Part shown: piece by piece, positions 1-15,428 of the stretch
How the letters are laid out: the number at the start of each line of letters is the position of its first letter
Position numbering within the stretch: the stretch's first letter is position 1
Assembly: GCF_009914755.1 (NCBI RefSeq)
Contig: NC_060933.1
Strand: one strand, 5' to 3'
Length of the DNA: 64,000 nt
Source: the human T2T-CHM13v2.0 reference genome, Homo sapiens
Position numbers and translations under genes: made by a program
The notes under the pieces: generated by a model
Told to the model about the DNA's origin: nothing
Seen by the model: the letters and a program-made list of their open reading frames with translations, nothing else
Database searches by the model: none

Positions 1-322
1 AATCAGGTAGTGTCATCAGTCCTATGATTTTGTCTCCTTGACTAATGCCTTGGCTATTCTGGGTGTTTGCTTCTCCATGTAAACTTTAGAATCAGTATGT
101 CGATATCCACAAAATAACTTGCTGTGAGTTTGATTAAGATTTATTGTGTTTGTAATTTGCATTGATATCTAATAATATTGAGCATCTTTTCGTGAGTGTA
201 TTGCCATTAGTATTTCCCTTTGATAAATTATCCTCAAAATTGTTGCCTATTTTTAGATTGAGTTATTTGATTTCTTACTGGGTTTAGAGAATAATCTTTT
301 CTGTCTTGAAGACCTTTTTTGG

Positions 323-788
323 TGTATTTAGTCAGGTTTTCCAGAGAAACAGAAGCAGTAGAGAGAGAGAGAGATATGGAAAGAAATTGATTATGAGAGA
401 TTGACTCATGCAACTATGGAGGCTAAGAAGTCCCATGATTTGCCATCTGCAAATTGAAAGCCCAGGAAAGCCAGTGGTATAGTTCCAGTTCAAACCCAAG
501 GCCTGAAAACAAGGCACATCAATGTCTCAGAGCAGGAGAAAATGGATATTCCAGCTCAACCACAGAGCAAATTCACCCTTCTTCCAGTTTTTTGTCCTCT
601 TCAGGCCCTCAATGGATTGGCTGGTGCCTATCAAAAATGACGATGGCAATCTTCTTTACTCTGTCTACCCATTCAAAGGCTAATCTCTTCGAGAAACAGC
701 CTCCCAGACACACCCAGAAATAATGTTTCATGTTGTGAATCCCTTAACCAAGTCAAGTTGACACATATTAATAAAATTAACTGTTACT
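323..788 (-). mobile_element. MLT2 (ERVL) solo LTR, MLT2B/D-like
   Basis: tgtatttagtcaggttttccagagaaacagaa...(GA)n...gaagtcccatgatttgccatctgcaa...aagttgacacat...aaaattaac is the reverse complement of the MLT2 consensus layout. Confidence 0.8.
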
Positions 789-1178
789 TATGTGATTAGA
801 TATGTTAGATACGTGATTTGCAGATATTTTCTCCCAGTCTGTAGCTTGTCTTTTCATTCACTTAATAGTGTTATACTAAAAGGTTTAAATTTTAGTTTAA
901 TTTACCAATTATTTAGTAATGGATAGTGCTTTTTTTAAAAATCATATTTAAGGACTTTTTGCCTAACACAAGGTAGCAAATATTTTCTCCTAAAAGATTT
1001 ATAGTTTTATATTTTATATTTAATTCTAGGGTAAATTTTCAGTTAATTTTTTATATCATATGAGGTATTGGTTGAGTTTCTTTTTTTTTAAAGTGTATCT
1101 TTTATGAGCAACATTTATTGAAAAGACCATTCTTTTTTCACTGAACTGACTGTTCATCTTTATCAGAAGCTGATTAAT

Positions 1179-1467
1179 GGTCTGATGTAGTGGCTCATGC
1201 CTGTAATTCCAGTGCTTTGGGAGGCCAAAACAGGAGGATTGCTTGAGGCCAGGAGTTCGAGGCCAGCCTGGGCAACATAGCAATACCCTGTCTCTACAAA
1301 AAATTTAAAAATTAGCTGGACATTGTGGCATGTGCCTGTAATCCTGGCTACTTAGTAGGATCACTTGAGCCCAGGAGTTTGAGGTTACAGTGAGCTATAA
1401 TCATACCAATGCACTTCAGCCTGGGAAACAGAGTAAAACCCTGTTTCTTAAAAAGAAAACAAAAAAA
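1179..1467 (+). mobile_element. AluJ
   Basis: Dimeric Alu with J-type ggaggattgcttgaggccaggagttc and A-rich tail. Confidence 0.9.
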
Positions 1468-1765
1468 TCCATATTTACATAAGCCTATTCTGGATATCTT
1501 TTCTGTTCCTTCGATCCGTGGTCTGTCCTTTCTCCATTATGACACTGTCTCCATTATTGTAGCTTTGCATTAAAACTTAAAATCAGGGAGTGTGAGTTTT
1601 CCGATTTTGTTCTATTTTTCATAATTGTTTTGTTTGTTTGGGCTTCTTTGCCTTTTACATAAAGTTTAGAATCAGCTTTTCTATACCTACAAAAACATCC
1701 TACTGAGATATTGCTATGGTTTAAATGTTCCCTTCCAAACTCACGTTGAAATTTAATTGCCATTA

Positions 1766-2088
<323 letters not shown>

Positions 2089-2294
2089 GGTGGAATCTTT
2101 ACGAGTGATGAGGTCATGAGAGTTTTGCCCTCATGAATGGATTAATGTTATGAGCATTCATTCCCCCCTTTTCTCTCTCTGTCTTGTGCATGCACTTCTG
2201 TGCCATGTGATGCTTTCCATCATGTTATGATGCAGCAAGAAAGTGAACTGCGCAGGCTTCAGAACCAGTACCCAAATAAAGGACCATTTTCTAA

Positions 2295-2706
<412 letters not shown>

Positions 2707-2918
2707 TAAAGTTTGGGCATTGTTGACAGAGTAAGTAAACTGAATCTTTTAAATCATGGGCATGGTATTTTTTATTGGTTCATTTAGATCTTAGAATTCT
2801 TCAATCAGCATTTAATAGTTCTTAGCACTTATCTTGTACATACTTTTTAAGATTCTTACCTAAGCATTAATTTTTTTCAACTATCTTTAATGGTACTGTT
2901 GCAAAATTTTGGTTTTCA

Positions 2919-3284
<366 letters not shown>

Positions 3285-3892
3285 TTCCCCCAGCTTCATT
3301 TACAAATAATTAGCTAATTAAAATTGTATATATTTAAAGTGAATAACATGTTTTCATATAAGTATACATTGTGAAATGATTACTGCTATTCAACTAATTA
3401 ACATATCAATCACCTTGAATAATTACTTCTTTATGGTGGGAAATTTCTTTTGGTGAGAATATTTAAATTGATTGTCTTAGAATTTCATTTAAAAATTTAA
3501 TAACAATTTATTTCACTTAAAAAAATTAAATGTTTTTCTCATATTATTTTACAATAAGAAGAAAAGAAATGAAGAAAGATCTTGTAGCATTTCAAGTATG
3601 CAGTATAATATAGTTTTTTAACTGTAGATACTATTCTGTTAGATTTCCAGAACTTATTAATCTTGCATAACTGAATCTTTGTACCCTTTGACCAACATCT
3701 CCTTGTTTCTCCTAACTCCTAGTCTCTGGCAACTGTCATTCTGTTCTCTACTTTTGAGTTCTGCTCTTTTAGATTCCACATATAAGTAAAACAATGCAGT
3801 ATTTGTTTTTATGTGTCTGGTTTGTTTTACTTTATGCAGTGTCCTCCAGTTTCATTCATGTTGTTGAAAATGACAGGATTTCCTTGTTTTCA

Positions 3893-6406
3893 TTTATTTT
3901 GTTTTTTAAACCTTTGTTTTAGGTTCAGGGGTACATGTGCAGGTTTGTTATGTGGTAAATTGCATGTTGCAGAGGTTTGGTATATAGAATATTTCATCAC
4001 CCAGGTGATAAGCACAGTACGTGATACATAGTTTTTCTATCGTCACCCTCCTCCCACCCTCACCCTTAAGTAGGCCTGGTATCTATCGTTCCCTTCTTTG
4101 TGTCCATGTGTACTCAATGTTTAGCTCCTACTTATAAGTGAGAACATGCAATATTTGAGAAACAAACAATATTTGTTTCTTTGTTAGTTCATTTAGGATA
4201 ATGGCCTCCAGCTCCATGCATTTTGCTGCAAAGGACCTTATTTTTTATGGCTGTGTAGTATTCCATGGTGTATATGCACCACATTTTCTTTATCCAGTCT
4301 ACTGTTGATGGACATTTAGATTGATTCTTTATTGTTGCTATTGTGAATAGTGCTGTGATGAACATATGCATGCCTGTGTCTTTATGGTAGAATGATTCAT
4401 ATTCCTTTGGGTATATACCCAGTAATGGAATTGCTGAGTTGAATGCTACTTATGTTTTAAGTTCTTTGAGAAATTGCTACATTGCCTTCACAGTGGCTGA
4501 ATTAATTTACACTCTCACCAGCAATGTATAAGCATTCTCTTTTCTCTACAACCTTGCCAGCATCTGTTATTTTTTGACCTTTTGATAATAGCCGTTTTGT
4601 CTGGTGTGAGATGGTATATCATTGTGGTTGTGATTTATATTACTCTAACGATTAGTGATGTTGAGCATTTTTTATATGCTTGTTGGCCACATGTATGTCT
4701 TCTTTTGAAAAGTGTGTGTTCATATCCTTTGCCTACTTTTTAATGGGCTTGTTTGATTTTTTTTACCTGTTAATTTGTTTAATTTTTTAAATAGATTTTA
4801 GATATTAGACCTTTGTCGGCGGCATAGTTTGCAAATATTTTCTACCATTCAGTAGGTTGTCTGTTTACTCTGCTGATAATTTGTTTGGCTGTGCAGAAGC
4901 TCTTTAGTTTAGTTAGGTCCTATTGGTCAATTTTTGTTTTTGTTGCAATTGAATGGTTTTGTTTGTTACGAAATGTTTGCTAGGACCTATGTCTAGAATG
5001 GTATTTCCTAGGGTTTTTATAGTTTTAGGTTTTACATCTGAGTGTTTAATCTTTCTTGAGTTGATTTTTGTATATGGTAAAAGGAAGGGGTCCAGTTTTG
5101 ATCTTCTGCATATGGCTAGCCAGTTATCCCAACACCATTTATTGAACAGTGGGTAATTTCCCCATTGCTTGTTTTTGTCGACTTTGTCGAAGATTAGATG
5201 GTTTGTAGGTGTGCGGTTTTATTTTTGGGCTTTCTATTCTGTTCCATTGGTCTATGTGTCTGTTTTTGTACCAGTATCATGCTGTTTTGATTACTGTAGT
5301 CTTGTAGCATAGTTTGAAGTTGGATAATGTGATGCTTCCAGCTTCTGCTTGCTTAGGGTTGCTTTGGCTAATTGGGGCCTTTTTTGGTCCCATGTGAATT
5401 TTAGAATTTTTTTTTCTCATTCTGTGAAAAATGTCATTGGTAGTTTGATAGGAATTGCATTGAATCATAGATTGCTTTGGGTAATTTGACAATTTTAACA
5501 ATATTGATTCTTCCTATCCATGAGCATGGAATATTTTTCCATTTGTTTTTTTCATCTCTGATTTTTTTCAGCAGTGTTTTATAATTTTTGTTGTAGAGCT
5601 CTTTCACATCTCTGGTTAGCTGTATTCCTAGATACTCTGTTTATTTATTTTTTTGTGGCTATTGTGAATGGGATTGCATTCTGGATTTGGCTTTCAGCTT
5701 GGACGTTGTTGGTGTATAGAAATGCTACTGATTTTTGCATATCGATTTTATATCCTGAAACTTTGCTAAAGTTGTTTATCAGATCTAGAAGTTTGGGGAC
5801 AGATATTGTGGGGGTTTCTAGTATAAAGTCATATTGTCTGCAAACAGAGATAGTTTGACTTCTGCTTTTCCTATCTGGATGCCTTTTATGTCTTTCTTTT
5901 GCCTGATTTCTCTGGTTAGGACTTCCAGTACTATGTTGAATAGGAGTGGTGAAAGTGGGCATCCATGTGTTGTTTCAGTATTCAAGGGGAATGCTTCCTG
6001 CTTTTATCCATTCAGTATGTTGCTGGCAGTGGGTTTGTCATAAATGGCTCTTATTATTTTGAAGTATCTTGCTTTAATGCCTAGTTTGTTTTTTACATGA
6101 AGGGACATTGAATTTTATTGAAAGCCTTTTCTGCATCTATAGAGATGATCAGGTGGTTTTTGTTTTTATTTCTCTTTATGTGATGAATCAAATTTATTAA
6201 TTTGCAAGTGTTGAACCAACCGTGCGTCTCAGAGATAAAGCCTACCTGATTGTGGTGGATTTAACTTTTTGATGTGCTGCTGGTTCAGTTTGCTAGTATT
6301 TTGTTGAGGATTTTTGCATCTGTGTTCATCAAGGATATTGGCCTGAAGCTTTCTGTTCTTGTTGTGTCTCTACTAGGTTGTGGTATCAGGATGATGTTGG
6401 CCTCAT
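3893..6406 (-). mobile_element. 5'-truncated L1PA15/16-like element nested in the L1MA 3'UTR
   Basis: 3' end ttttaggttcaggggtacatgtgcaggtttg; ORF2 fragments 4189-4371 and 5645-5962 ([16 protein letters not shown]); the host L1 resumes at ~6407 (ttctttttaaaggctaaatagtattcc). Confidence 0.8.
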
Positions 6407-6439
6407 CTTCTTTTTAAAGGCTAAATAGTATTCCATTAC

Positions 6440-6463
6440 GTGTGTGTGTGTGTGTGCATGTGT
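6440..6463. repeat. (GT)n microsatellite
   Basis: gtgtgtgtgtgtgtgtgcatgtgtg. Confidence 0.85.
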
Positions 6464-7115
6464 GGGGTTTGTGTGCATGTATGCATCCTCACATTTTAAA
6501 AATTCATTCATCCCTTGATGGACATTTAGGTTGAGTCCATATGTTGGCTATTGTGAATAATGCTGCAATTATTGCAGTTATTATGGGAATGCATACATTT
6601 CTTCAACATACTGATTTCAGTTCCTTTGGATATATGCCAGGTAATGGGATTGTTGGATCATATGTAGTTTGATTTTTAATTTTTTGAGCATGCTCCACAT
6701 AGTTCTCCATAATGGCTGTATCAATTTATATTCCCACCAACAGTAAATAAGGGTTCACTTTTCTTCACATTCCTGCCAACACTTGTTATCTTTTTTTGAA
6801 AATAGCCATTGTAAAATGTGTGCAGTGATATCTCATTGTGGTTTAGACTTGCATTTCCCTGATGATTAGTAATGTTGATAATTTTTTTCATGTACCTGTT
6901 GCCTACCTGTATATCTTCTTTGGAGAAATGTATATTCAGTTCCTTTGTCCATTTAAAAAACTTAATTATTTTCTTGCCAGTGATTTGTTTGAATTTCTAA
7001 TATATTTTGGATAATAACCCTTATCAGATATATACTTTGCAAATATTTTTTCCTATTCCATAGGTTGTTTATTCATTCTGTTTATTGTTTCCTTTGGTAT
7101 ACAGAAGCATTTTAG

Positions 7116-7574
<459 letters not shown>

Positions 7575-8896
7575 TTGAGTTGATTTTTATATAGAGTGTG
7601 AGGTAGGGTCCAATTTCATTCTTCTGCATGTGAATATACAACTTTTTCTAGTACCGTTTTTTGAAAGACTATCCTTTTCATTGTTTGTTCTTGGCAACTT
7701 TATCAAAGATCAACTGACTGTAAATGAGTAGATTTGTTTCCTGGGCTCTCTATTCTGTTTCATTGGTCTATATGCCTGTGTTCCTGCCAGGTTCATGCTA
7801 TTTTGATTACTATAGGTTTGTAGTATGTTTTGAAATCACATAATGTGATGCCTCCAGTTTTGTTCTTCTTGCTCAAGGTTGCATTAGCTCTTCGGGGTGT
7901 TTTGGGCTTCCATATAAACTTTACAATTTTTTCCAGTTCTGTTAAAAATGCCATTGGAATTTTGATAGAGATTGCATTGAATTTGTAAGTTCCTTTGGGT
8001 AGTATGGACATTTTAACAACATTATTTCTTCTAATTAATGAACATGAGATATCTTTCACGTTTTTTGTGTCTACTTCAAATTCATCAATTCATTTTTCAA
8101 ATAGTTTTCAATTATAGGTCTTTTACTTCCTTGGTTAAATATTTTCTTAGTTTATTCTTTTGATACTATTGTAAATAGGATGGTTTTCTTAATTTCTTTT
8201 TCAGAGAGTTTGTTAGTGTATAGAAACAACTAATTTTTTAATGTTGATTTTGTATACTTAAGTTTTACCAAATTTGCTTATTACTTCTAACAGTTTTTTT
8301 CTGGAGGGAATCTTTAGGGTTTTCTGTATGTAAAATCATGCCATCTGCAAAGAGACAGTTTTACTTTTTCGTTTTCCAAATTGGGTGGGTTTTATTTCTT
8401 TTTTTGCCTAATTGCTCTGGCTAGGACTTCCAGTGGTATATTGATTAGAAATGGCAAGATTAAGTGTCCTTTTGTTGTTCCTAATCTTAGAGGAAAAGCT
8501 TTGAGCTTTTTAACATTGATATGATGTTAGCTGTGGGCTTGTCATATGTGAGCTTTATAATGTTAAATTTCATTTCTTCTATACCCAGTTTGTTGAGAGG
8601 TTTCTATCATGAAAGGATACTGAATTTTGTCAAATGCTTTTTCTACATCTATGTCAATGATAATGTGGTTTTTATTCTTTAATCTGTTAAAGTGGTATAT
8701 CGTATTTTTTTATTTTTTGAAACATCCTTGCATCCCAGAGATAAATCCCACTTGATCATGGTGTGTGATTCTTTTAGTAAAAGACAAAAGATTTATATTA
8801 TCTGAAAAGAAACCAGATATCATAGTGTATGATTCTTTTAATGTGCTGGTAAATTTATTTTGCAACTATTTTATTGAGGGATTTTGCCTATATGTA

Positions 8897-9297
8897 TTTT
8901 TTGTGGTTTTATAAATTTGACAATTAGAAGTTAGCTCTCGTCTACACTGACTGTAGATTTTTACAAGTGGTAACAGGTACATAGGTAACCAAACTATAGA
9001 GCTTGTTTGGTGAAACTTCATCTTCAGTATATTTTCTGGACTAACACACACTGACATGATATGGGAAATTTCTTATTCCTTCTTATTTCTTATTCAGTGC
9101 ACACATCTCAGGTCTCTATCTCCTTCATGGCATATTTCTGGATCATTTTGTGCGCCCAAGGGCCACACTTTTTGAAGTGAACTCCATAGATGTACTTATA
9201 AATATTGGTTGTATTTTCTTGGGTAGGTACCTCAATAATGGCAGAATAGCTCTTCTTTGTCTTGCTACCTTTGTAGGACCCAAGTTGGAAAGAAAAG
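8897..9297 (-). pseudogene. RPL31P: RPL31 (60S ribosomal protein L31) processed pseudogene; probably the annotated RPL31P42 (recalled, unverified)
   Basis: Minus strand starts with 5'TOP-like cttttctttccaacttgg. It translates as [47 protein letters not shown]...[42 protein letters not shown], matching RPL31 ([48 protein letters not shown]...[43 protein letters not shown]). Intronless, in-frame stops, start codon deleted, poly(A) remnant. Confidence 0.95.
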
Positions 9298-12200
9298 TAT
9301 GAGGGATTGTTTCATCTATATTCATCAAGGCTATTTTACTATAATTATTTTTTCTTGTAGTGCTTTTTTCTGGGTTTGGCACTGTAAAATGCTGGCCTTG
9401 TAAAATGAGTTCCAAAGTGTTCTTCCTATTTAATTGTCTGGAAGAGTTTGAGAAGGATTGGCATTAATTTTTCTTTACATGGTTGGTGGAATTCACCAGT
9501 GAAGCCATCTGGTCCTGGGCTTTTGTTTGTGGGGAGGTTTTTGATTACTCTTTCAGTCTCTTAACTTTAGTCTGTACAGATTTTATATTTCTTCATAATT
9601 CAGTCTTGGTAGGTTGTATGTGTGTAGGAATTAATCTCTTTCCTCTAGATTATCTTTTTTTGGGCATATAGCTGTTCACAGTATGCTCTTATGGTACTTT
9701 GTATTTCTGTGGTATTGGTTGTAATGTCCCCTCTTTCATATCTGATGTTATTTATTTGTCTTTTTTCTTGGTCTATCTAAAGATGTTTTTTAGATCTTTT
9801 TGTCTTCTCACAAAACCAACTCTTAGTTTCATTGGTCTTTTCTATTTACTTCTAGTCTCCATTTCATTTATTTTTTTCTCTGAACTTTAGTATTTCTTCC
9901 TTCTGCTAACTTTGGATTAGCTTGTTCTTTTTCTAGTTCCTTGAGGTGTAAGATTAGGTTGTTTATTTGAGTTCTTTCTTCCTCTTTGTAAATGGTTATT
10001 GCTATAAACTTTCCTCTTAGAACTGCTTTTGCTGCATTTCATAAGTTTTGTTCTGCTGTGCTTCCATTTTTGTTTGAAGATTCTATTTTTGTTTCCCTTT
10101 TGATTTCTTTTTTGACTCATTGGTTGTTTAGAAGTGTGTGGTTTAATTTCCACATATTTGTAAATTTTCCAATTTTCTTCCTTTGACTGATTTCTAGTCC
10201 CATACCATTGTGTTTGGAAAACAAATTTCCAAGTTCTTAAATTTGGTAAGACTTGTTTTGTAGCCTAACACATGATCTATTCCAGAGAATGTCTGTGTGT
10301 GCTTCAAAAGAATGTGTATTCTGTTGCTATTGGATGGAGTGTTCTATATGTCTGTTAGGTCCATTTGGTCTATAGTGTTGTTAAAATCTGCTGTTTCATT
10401 ATTCACTTTCTGTCTGGATGCTCTGCCTATCATTGAAAGTGGGGTATTGAAGTTCCCTATTATTGTTTTATTGCTCTCTATTCCTCCCTTCAAATATGTT
10501 AATATTGTTTCATATATTTAGTTGCTTCAACATTGGGTACATATGTATTTACAATTGTTATATCTTCTTAATCCATTGACTGTTTTTTACTATATAATGA
10601 CCTTCTTTGTCTTCTGTAGCAGTTTTTGACTTAAGGTCTCTTTTGCTTGTTGTAAGCATAACTATTCCTGCTTTCATTTAGTTATCACTTGCATAGAATA
10701 TCTTTGTTAATGAATTCTTTTCTATTTTATGTGTATCTTTAAAGCTAAAGCGAGCCTCTTGTAGGCAGCAAATCATCTGAGCTTGTATTTTTAATCCATT
10801 CAGCCACTGGCTTTTGATTGGAGAAATTAACATTTACAACTCAAGTAATTATTGATAGGTAAAGACTTATTACTGCTATGTTGTTAATTGTTTACTGTTT
10901 TACAGTTTTTGTTCTTTTTCTCCTCTCTTGCTGTCCTCCTTTGTGATTTGATGATTTTTTTTTATAATAGTATGCTTTCTCTTTATCTTTTGTGAATCTA
11001 CTACAAGATTTTCCTTTTGGTTACCATGGGGCTTACATAAAACATCTTCTACTTATAACAGTCTATTTTAAGCTAACAACTTCAAATGCATACAAAAACT
11101 TTTGCTTTAACTTCTCCTCCCCCTACATTTTTTGTTATTGATGTCACTAATTACAGTTTTTACACTGTGTATCTATTAAGAAATTATTATATTTCTAGTT
11201 ATTTTAATTCTTTTGTTCTTTAACTCTTATACTAGAGTTAAAAGTGATTTATGAACCACTATTACAACGTTGGCATTTTCTGAACTTTACTATACTTTAA
11301 ATTTTACAGTGAGTTTTATAATTTTACAGTATTAGTTAGCATCTTTGTATTTCAACTTGAATAACTTTCTTTAACATTTTTGTAAGGCTAATCTAGTGAT
11401 GGTAAACTCCCTCAGATTTTGTCCGGGAAAGTCCTTATCTCACCTTTATTTCTGAAGGGTAGCCTTTTCAGGTATAGTATTCTTAGTTCACAGTGTTTTT
11501 CTTTATCAATTTGAATATATCATTTCACTCTCTTTTGGCCTGCAAGATGTCTCCTAAGAAATCTACTGATAGTATTATTATGGCGAAGGTATACTTTTGT
11601 AACTAGTTTCTTTTCTCCTATTGCTCTCAAAATTCTCTGTTTTTGACTTTTGAGAATTTGATTATAATGTGTGTCAGTGGACATTTCTTTATGTTTAATC
11701 TGTTTGAGGTTTTTCAGGTTTCATGGATCTGGATGTGTCATTTCCCATTCCAGATTGGGATAGTTTGCTGTCATTACTTTAAATAATCTTTCTACCCCAT
11801 CTCTTGTTCTCCATTTTCTGTTACTTCCATAGTGTGTGTATTGGTTCTGCTGATGATGCCCCATTAAGTTCTGTAGACATTCTTTAATCTTTTTCATTCT
11901 TTTTTCTTTTTGTTCCTCTGACTGGGTAATTTCAAAGGACCCAGTTTCAAGTTCACTGATTCTTTCTTCTGCTTGATCCAGTCTACTATGGAAGTTCATT
12001 TGTGTTCTTCAACTCCAGAATTTCGGTTTGGTTCTTTATTACGGTTTTATCTTTTTGTTGAACTTCTCAATTTCTTCATATAGTGTTTTCTTAGTGTTAT
12101 TGAGTTGCCTATCCATGCACCCCTTTACCTCATGTGGACCCCCATTTTTTTAAGGTCGGTTACTGGTGCTTTATTTTATTCCATTTGTGGTGTCATGTTT

Positions 12201-12584
12201 CTTTAATTATTTCTGATCCTTGTGGTCTTGAATTGGTGGCTTTGCATTTGAGAAAGTAGCCACTTCCAGTCTTTGTAGATTGGCTCTTTATGCAAGGCCC
12301 TTCACCAGTCAGCCCATCCTGAGATTCTGGGCAAGCCTGTTCTTTGGGTCCACTGGTGGGTGTGTCTGGTACCTGAGTCCACAGGGGCCAGTCTGGTTTC
12401 TGAGTCTATGGAGGCAGGCCTGGAGCTAGGTCCACTGTGGGGGGAGCTTGTGCATGTATGAGTAGGCCTGATGCTTGGGGCTATGGAGGCCAGCCTGACA
12501 CTAGGGCCTGGAGGCTGGGTTGATGCTATGGTCTGTAGTAATGTCAGGTGCTCCCTTGACTCTCCTTTCCCCATGTGGGAAGTA

Positions 12585-12951
12585 TAAGCATACCTCATTG
12601 TATTGTATCTCACTTCATTGTGCTTCATAGATATTGTAGTTTTTACAGATTGAAGGTTTGAGGGAACCCTGCATCAGGCAAATCTATTGGCACTGTTTTT
12701 TCCAACGTCACATGCTTACTTTGTGTCTATCTGTCAGCATTTTTTAGCAATAAAGTATTTTTTTAAAATAGGGAATGTGCGTTGTTTTTTAGACATAAAG
12801 CTATTGCATACTTAATATACTACAGTATAATGTAAACATAACTTTTATATTAACTGGGAAACCTGAAAACTTGTGTGATTTATTTTATTGTGATATTTGT
12901 TTTATTGCAGTGGTCTGGAACTGAACTTGCAATTTCTCCAAGATATGTCGG
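12585..12951 (+). mobile_element. Internally deleted Tigger1 DNA transposon
   Basis: Both termini present (taagcatacctcattgtattg... / ...gcagtggtctggaactgaacttgcaatttctccaagatatgtcgg), flanked by TA on each side. Confidence 0.85.
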
Positions 12952-13170
12952 TATCTCTCTCCATGCTGTGCTGCGTGGGCTTTGGGAGCGGTGATGTGGA
13001 CCATTTGAAATTGTCCTTGCTACCTCTTTAATGCATATTTTTATATTTCTATGCTCCACCCAAGTGCTGTAGTCTCTCAACTGCCTTCTTTTTGTTCTTC
13101 AGCTTTTATGAAGCTATTTTCAAGTGTGAGTAGTTGTCCAAATTCATGTTTCTTGAGGGAACAAGTGACT

Positions 13171-14170
13171 TGTTTGTAAGTTGACTTGTATATCTTTTTA
13201 TAGCTGAGATTTTATCCTGTGATCTTACTAACTCAGGAATTTTTTGGAGATTCTTTGCAGTTTTCTAAGTAGAATAACCATATTATATTTATTATTATTT
13301 TCCTTCTTACTTTGGTTTTAATTTGCTCTTTTTTTACATGTTTTCTGAGTTAGAAACTTAGGTTATTGATTTGATACCCTTATTCCTTTATAACATATGC
13401 ATTTGATTGTGTAAGTTTTTCTCTAAGCACTGCTTTAGTGCATCCCACAAATTTTGATCTGTTGTATATTTTTTATTTACTTTAATATATCTTCTAATTT
13501 TCTTTTGACTTTATCTTTGACCAATGAAATATTCAGAAATGTGTAATTTCTAAATATTTGGGAGATTTTCTAAATATTTCTCTGTTACTGCTTTCTAGTT
13601 CAACTCCACTATGGTTAGAGAACACACTTTGAATGTTTTAAATCTGTTAAGATTTGTTTTATGACTTAAGACACAGTTGGTATTTGTGAATGTTTCATGT
13701 GCACTTGAAAACAATGTTTATTCTGCTTTCATTGGGTCAGGTGGTCTAAAAATGGCATTTAAGTTAATTTGGTTGATAGTGATTTTCAGGTATTATATAT
13801 CCTTCCTGATTCCTGCCTAGTTGTTCTAATGATTACTGACAGAAGACTGTTGAAATCTCCAATTACACTATTATTTTTGTATTTCTACCTTTACCTCTAT
13901 AATTTTTGCTTTAGTATTGTCACAATATTTTGTTGGGTGCATACCAATTTAGTATAGCTATGTATTTTTGGTAGATTGGCACTTTTAACCATTATACAAT
14001 GTCCCTCTTGGTCCTTGGTAACTTTCCTTCATTGGAATTCTACTTTTTTTGATATTAATATGACAATTCTAGCATTCTTTTGGTTAGTATTTGCATGGTA
14101 TGTCCTTTTCTATTATTTAGCTTTTAGCCAAGCTGAGTGTTTTTATTTAAAATGGGTTTCCTGCGACTAA
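13171..14170 (-). mobile_element. Old L1M ORF2 (endonuclease region) fragment
   Basis: ctctaagcactgctttagtgcatcccacaaattttg; gaatgtttcatgtgcacttgaaaac; gttgaaatctccaatt. Confidence 0.65.
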
Positions 14171-15059
14171 AAATCATTCTAATCTTATTAGATTATCTAA
14201 TAACCTAATTATCTCTCTATTGGCTGAACTTAGTCATGGGATAGAACCTACTTTCAGGGAAGGTTGCATAATACAGTCCTTTATCTGGCCATATTGCCTG
14301 CACACTTAAATGTAACCATGCACCTGTATATACACACATTCACATATATCTGTGTTTTGTTTCTAAAGAAAAGGTGAGAGTGGGTGTTTGTATAAGCATC
14401 TAGCTATTTCTGCTTTCATATGCTTTTGGTATTTGTAAACTGTCTTTACCTGTAAAATAAGGACATTTCTAACCATTATTTCACTTCTAGAATAATTAAT
14501 TTATCTGATCATTTTATATAACATTTTAAGTGTCTTGTTAATTTTTTTGTTGAAGTTATTCAATATGTATTGAATATAAAAACACATCATTCCTAGTAAA
14601 TTATAGGGAGATAATTTTGTCTTTGTTTAAAAAAATAAGCTTGCTTTCTCAAGGGGGGCTTAATATTTCAAATTTCATAGCAGCCATTTATTGTCAGCAA
14701 CTTAAAGACTGTTTCTGTTTTAAGAATACATTTTTCTTCGAAATAAAGTCAGAAATTGGAGCATCAGCCATCTTACATATCTCCCCATGCAGTATAAATT
14801 AATTTCCAGACTTTCGGGGACAAACTTTCATCCTAGAAAACCGGAGTGTCAGCAGTGAGCTAGGGAGAGCAGTGGGCTGTTACATGACACCACTGTTCAA
14901 AGTGTCAGGTCACATGTAGCACTTTATGAGTTCCCCCTTTCCTGACTGAAACAAACTATTTTAATACATTTCTAAAAAACCAAAAAATACAAAATACTCT
15001 TTTAATACAACATGCATATATGTTTACTATGACTAAATATATTATGCCTCTTCCTGTCA

Positions 15060-15428
<369 letters not shown>

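Noticed and set aside
9143-9415. 90-aa minus-strand ORF spanning the L1/RPL31 junction as a chimeric gene
   Set aside because: Reads RPL31 out of frame, has no promoter context and looks like a chance open frame.
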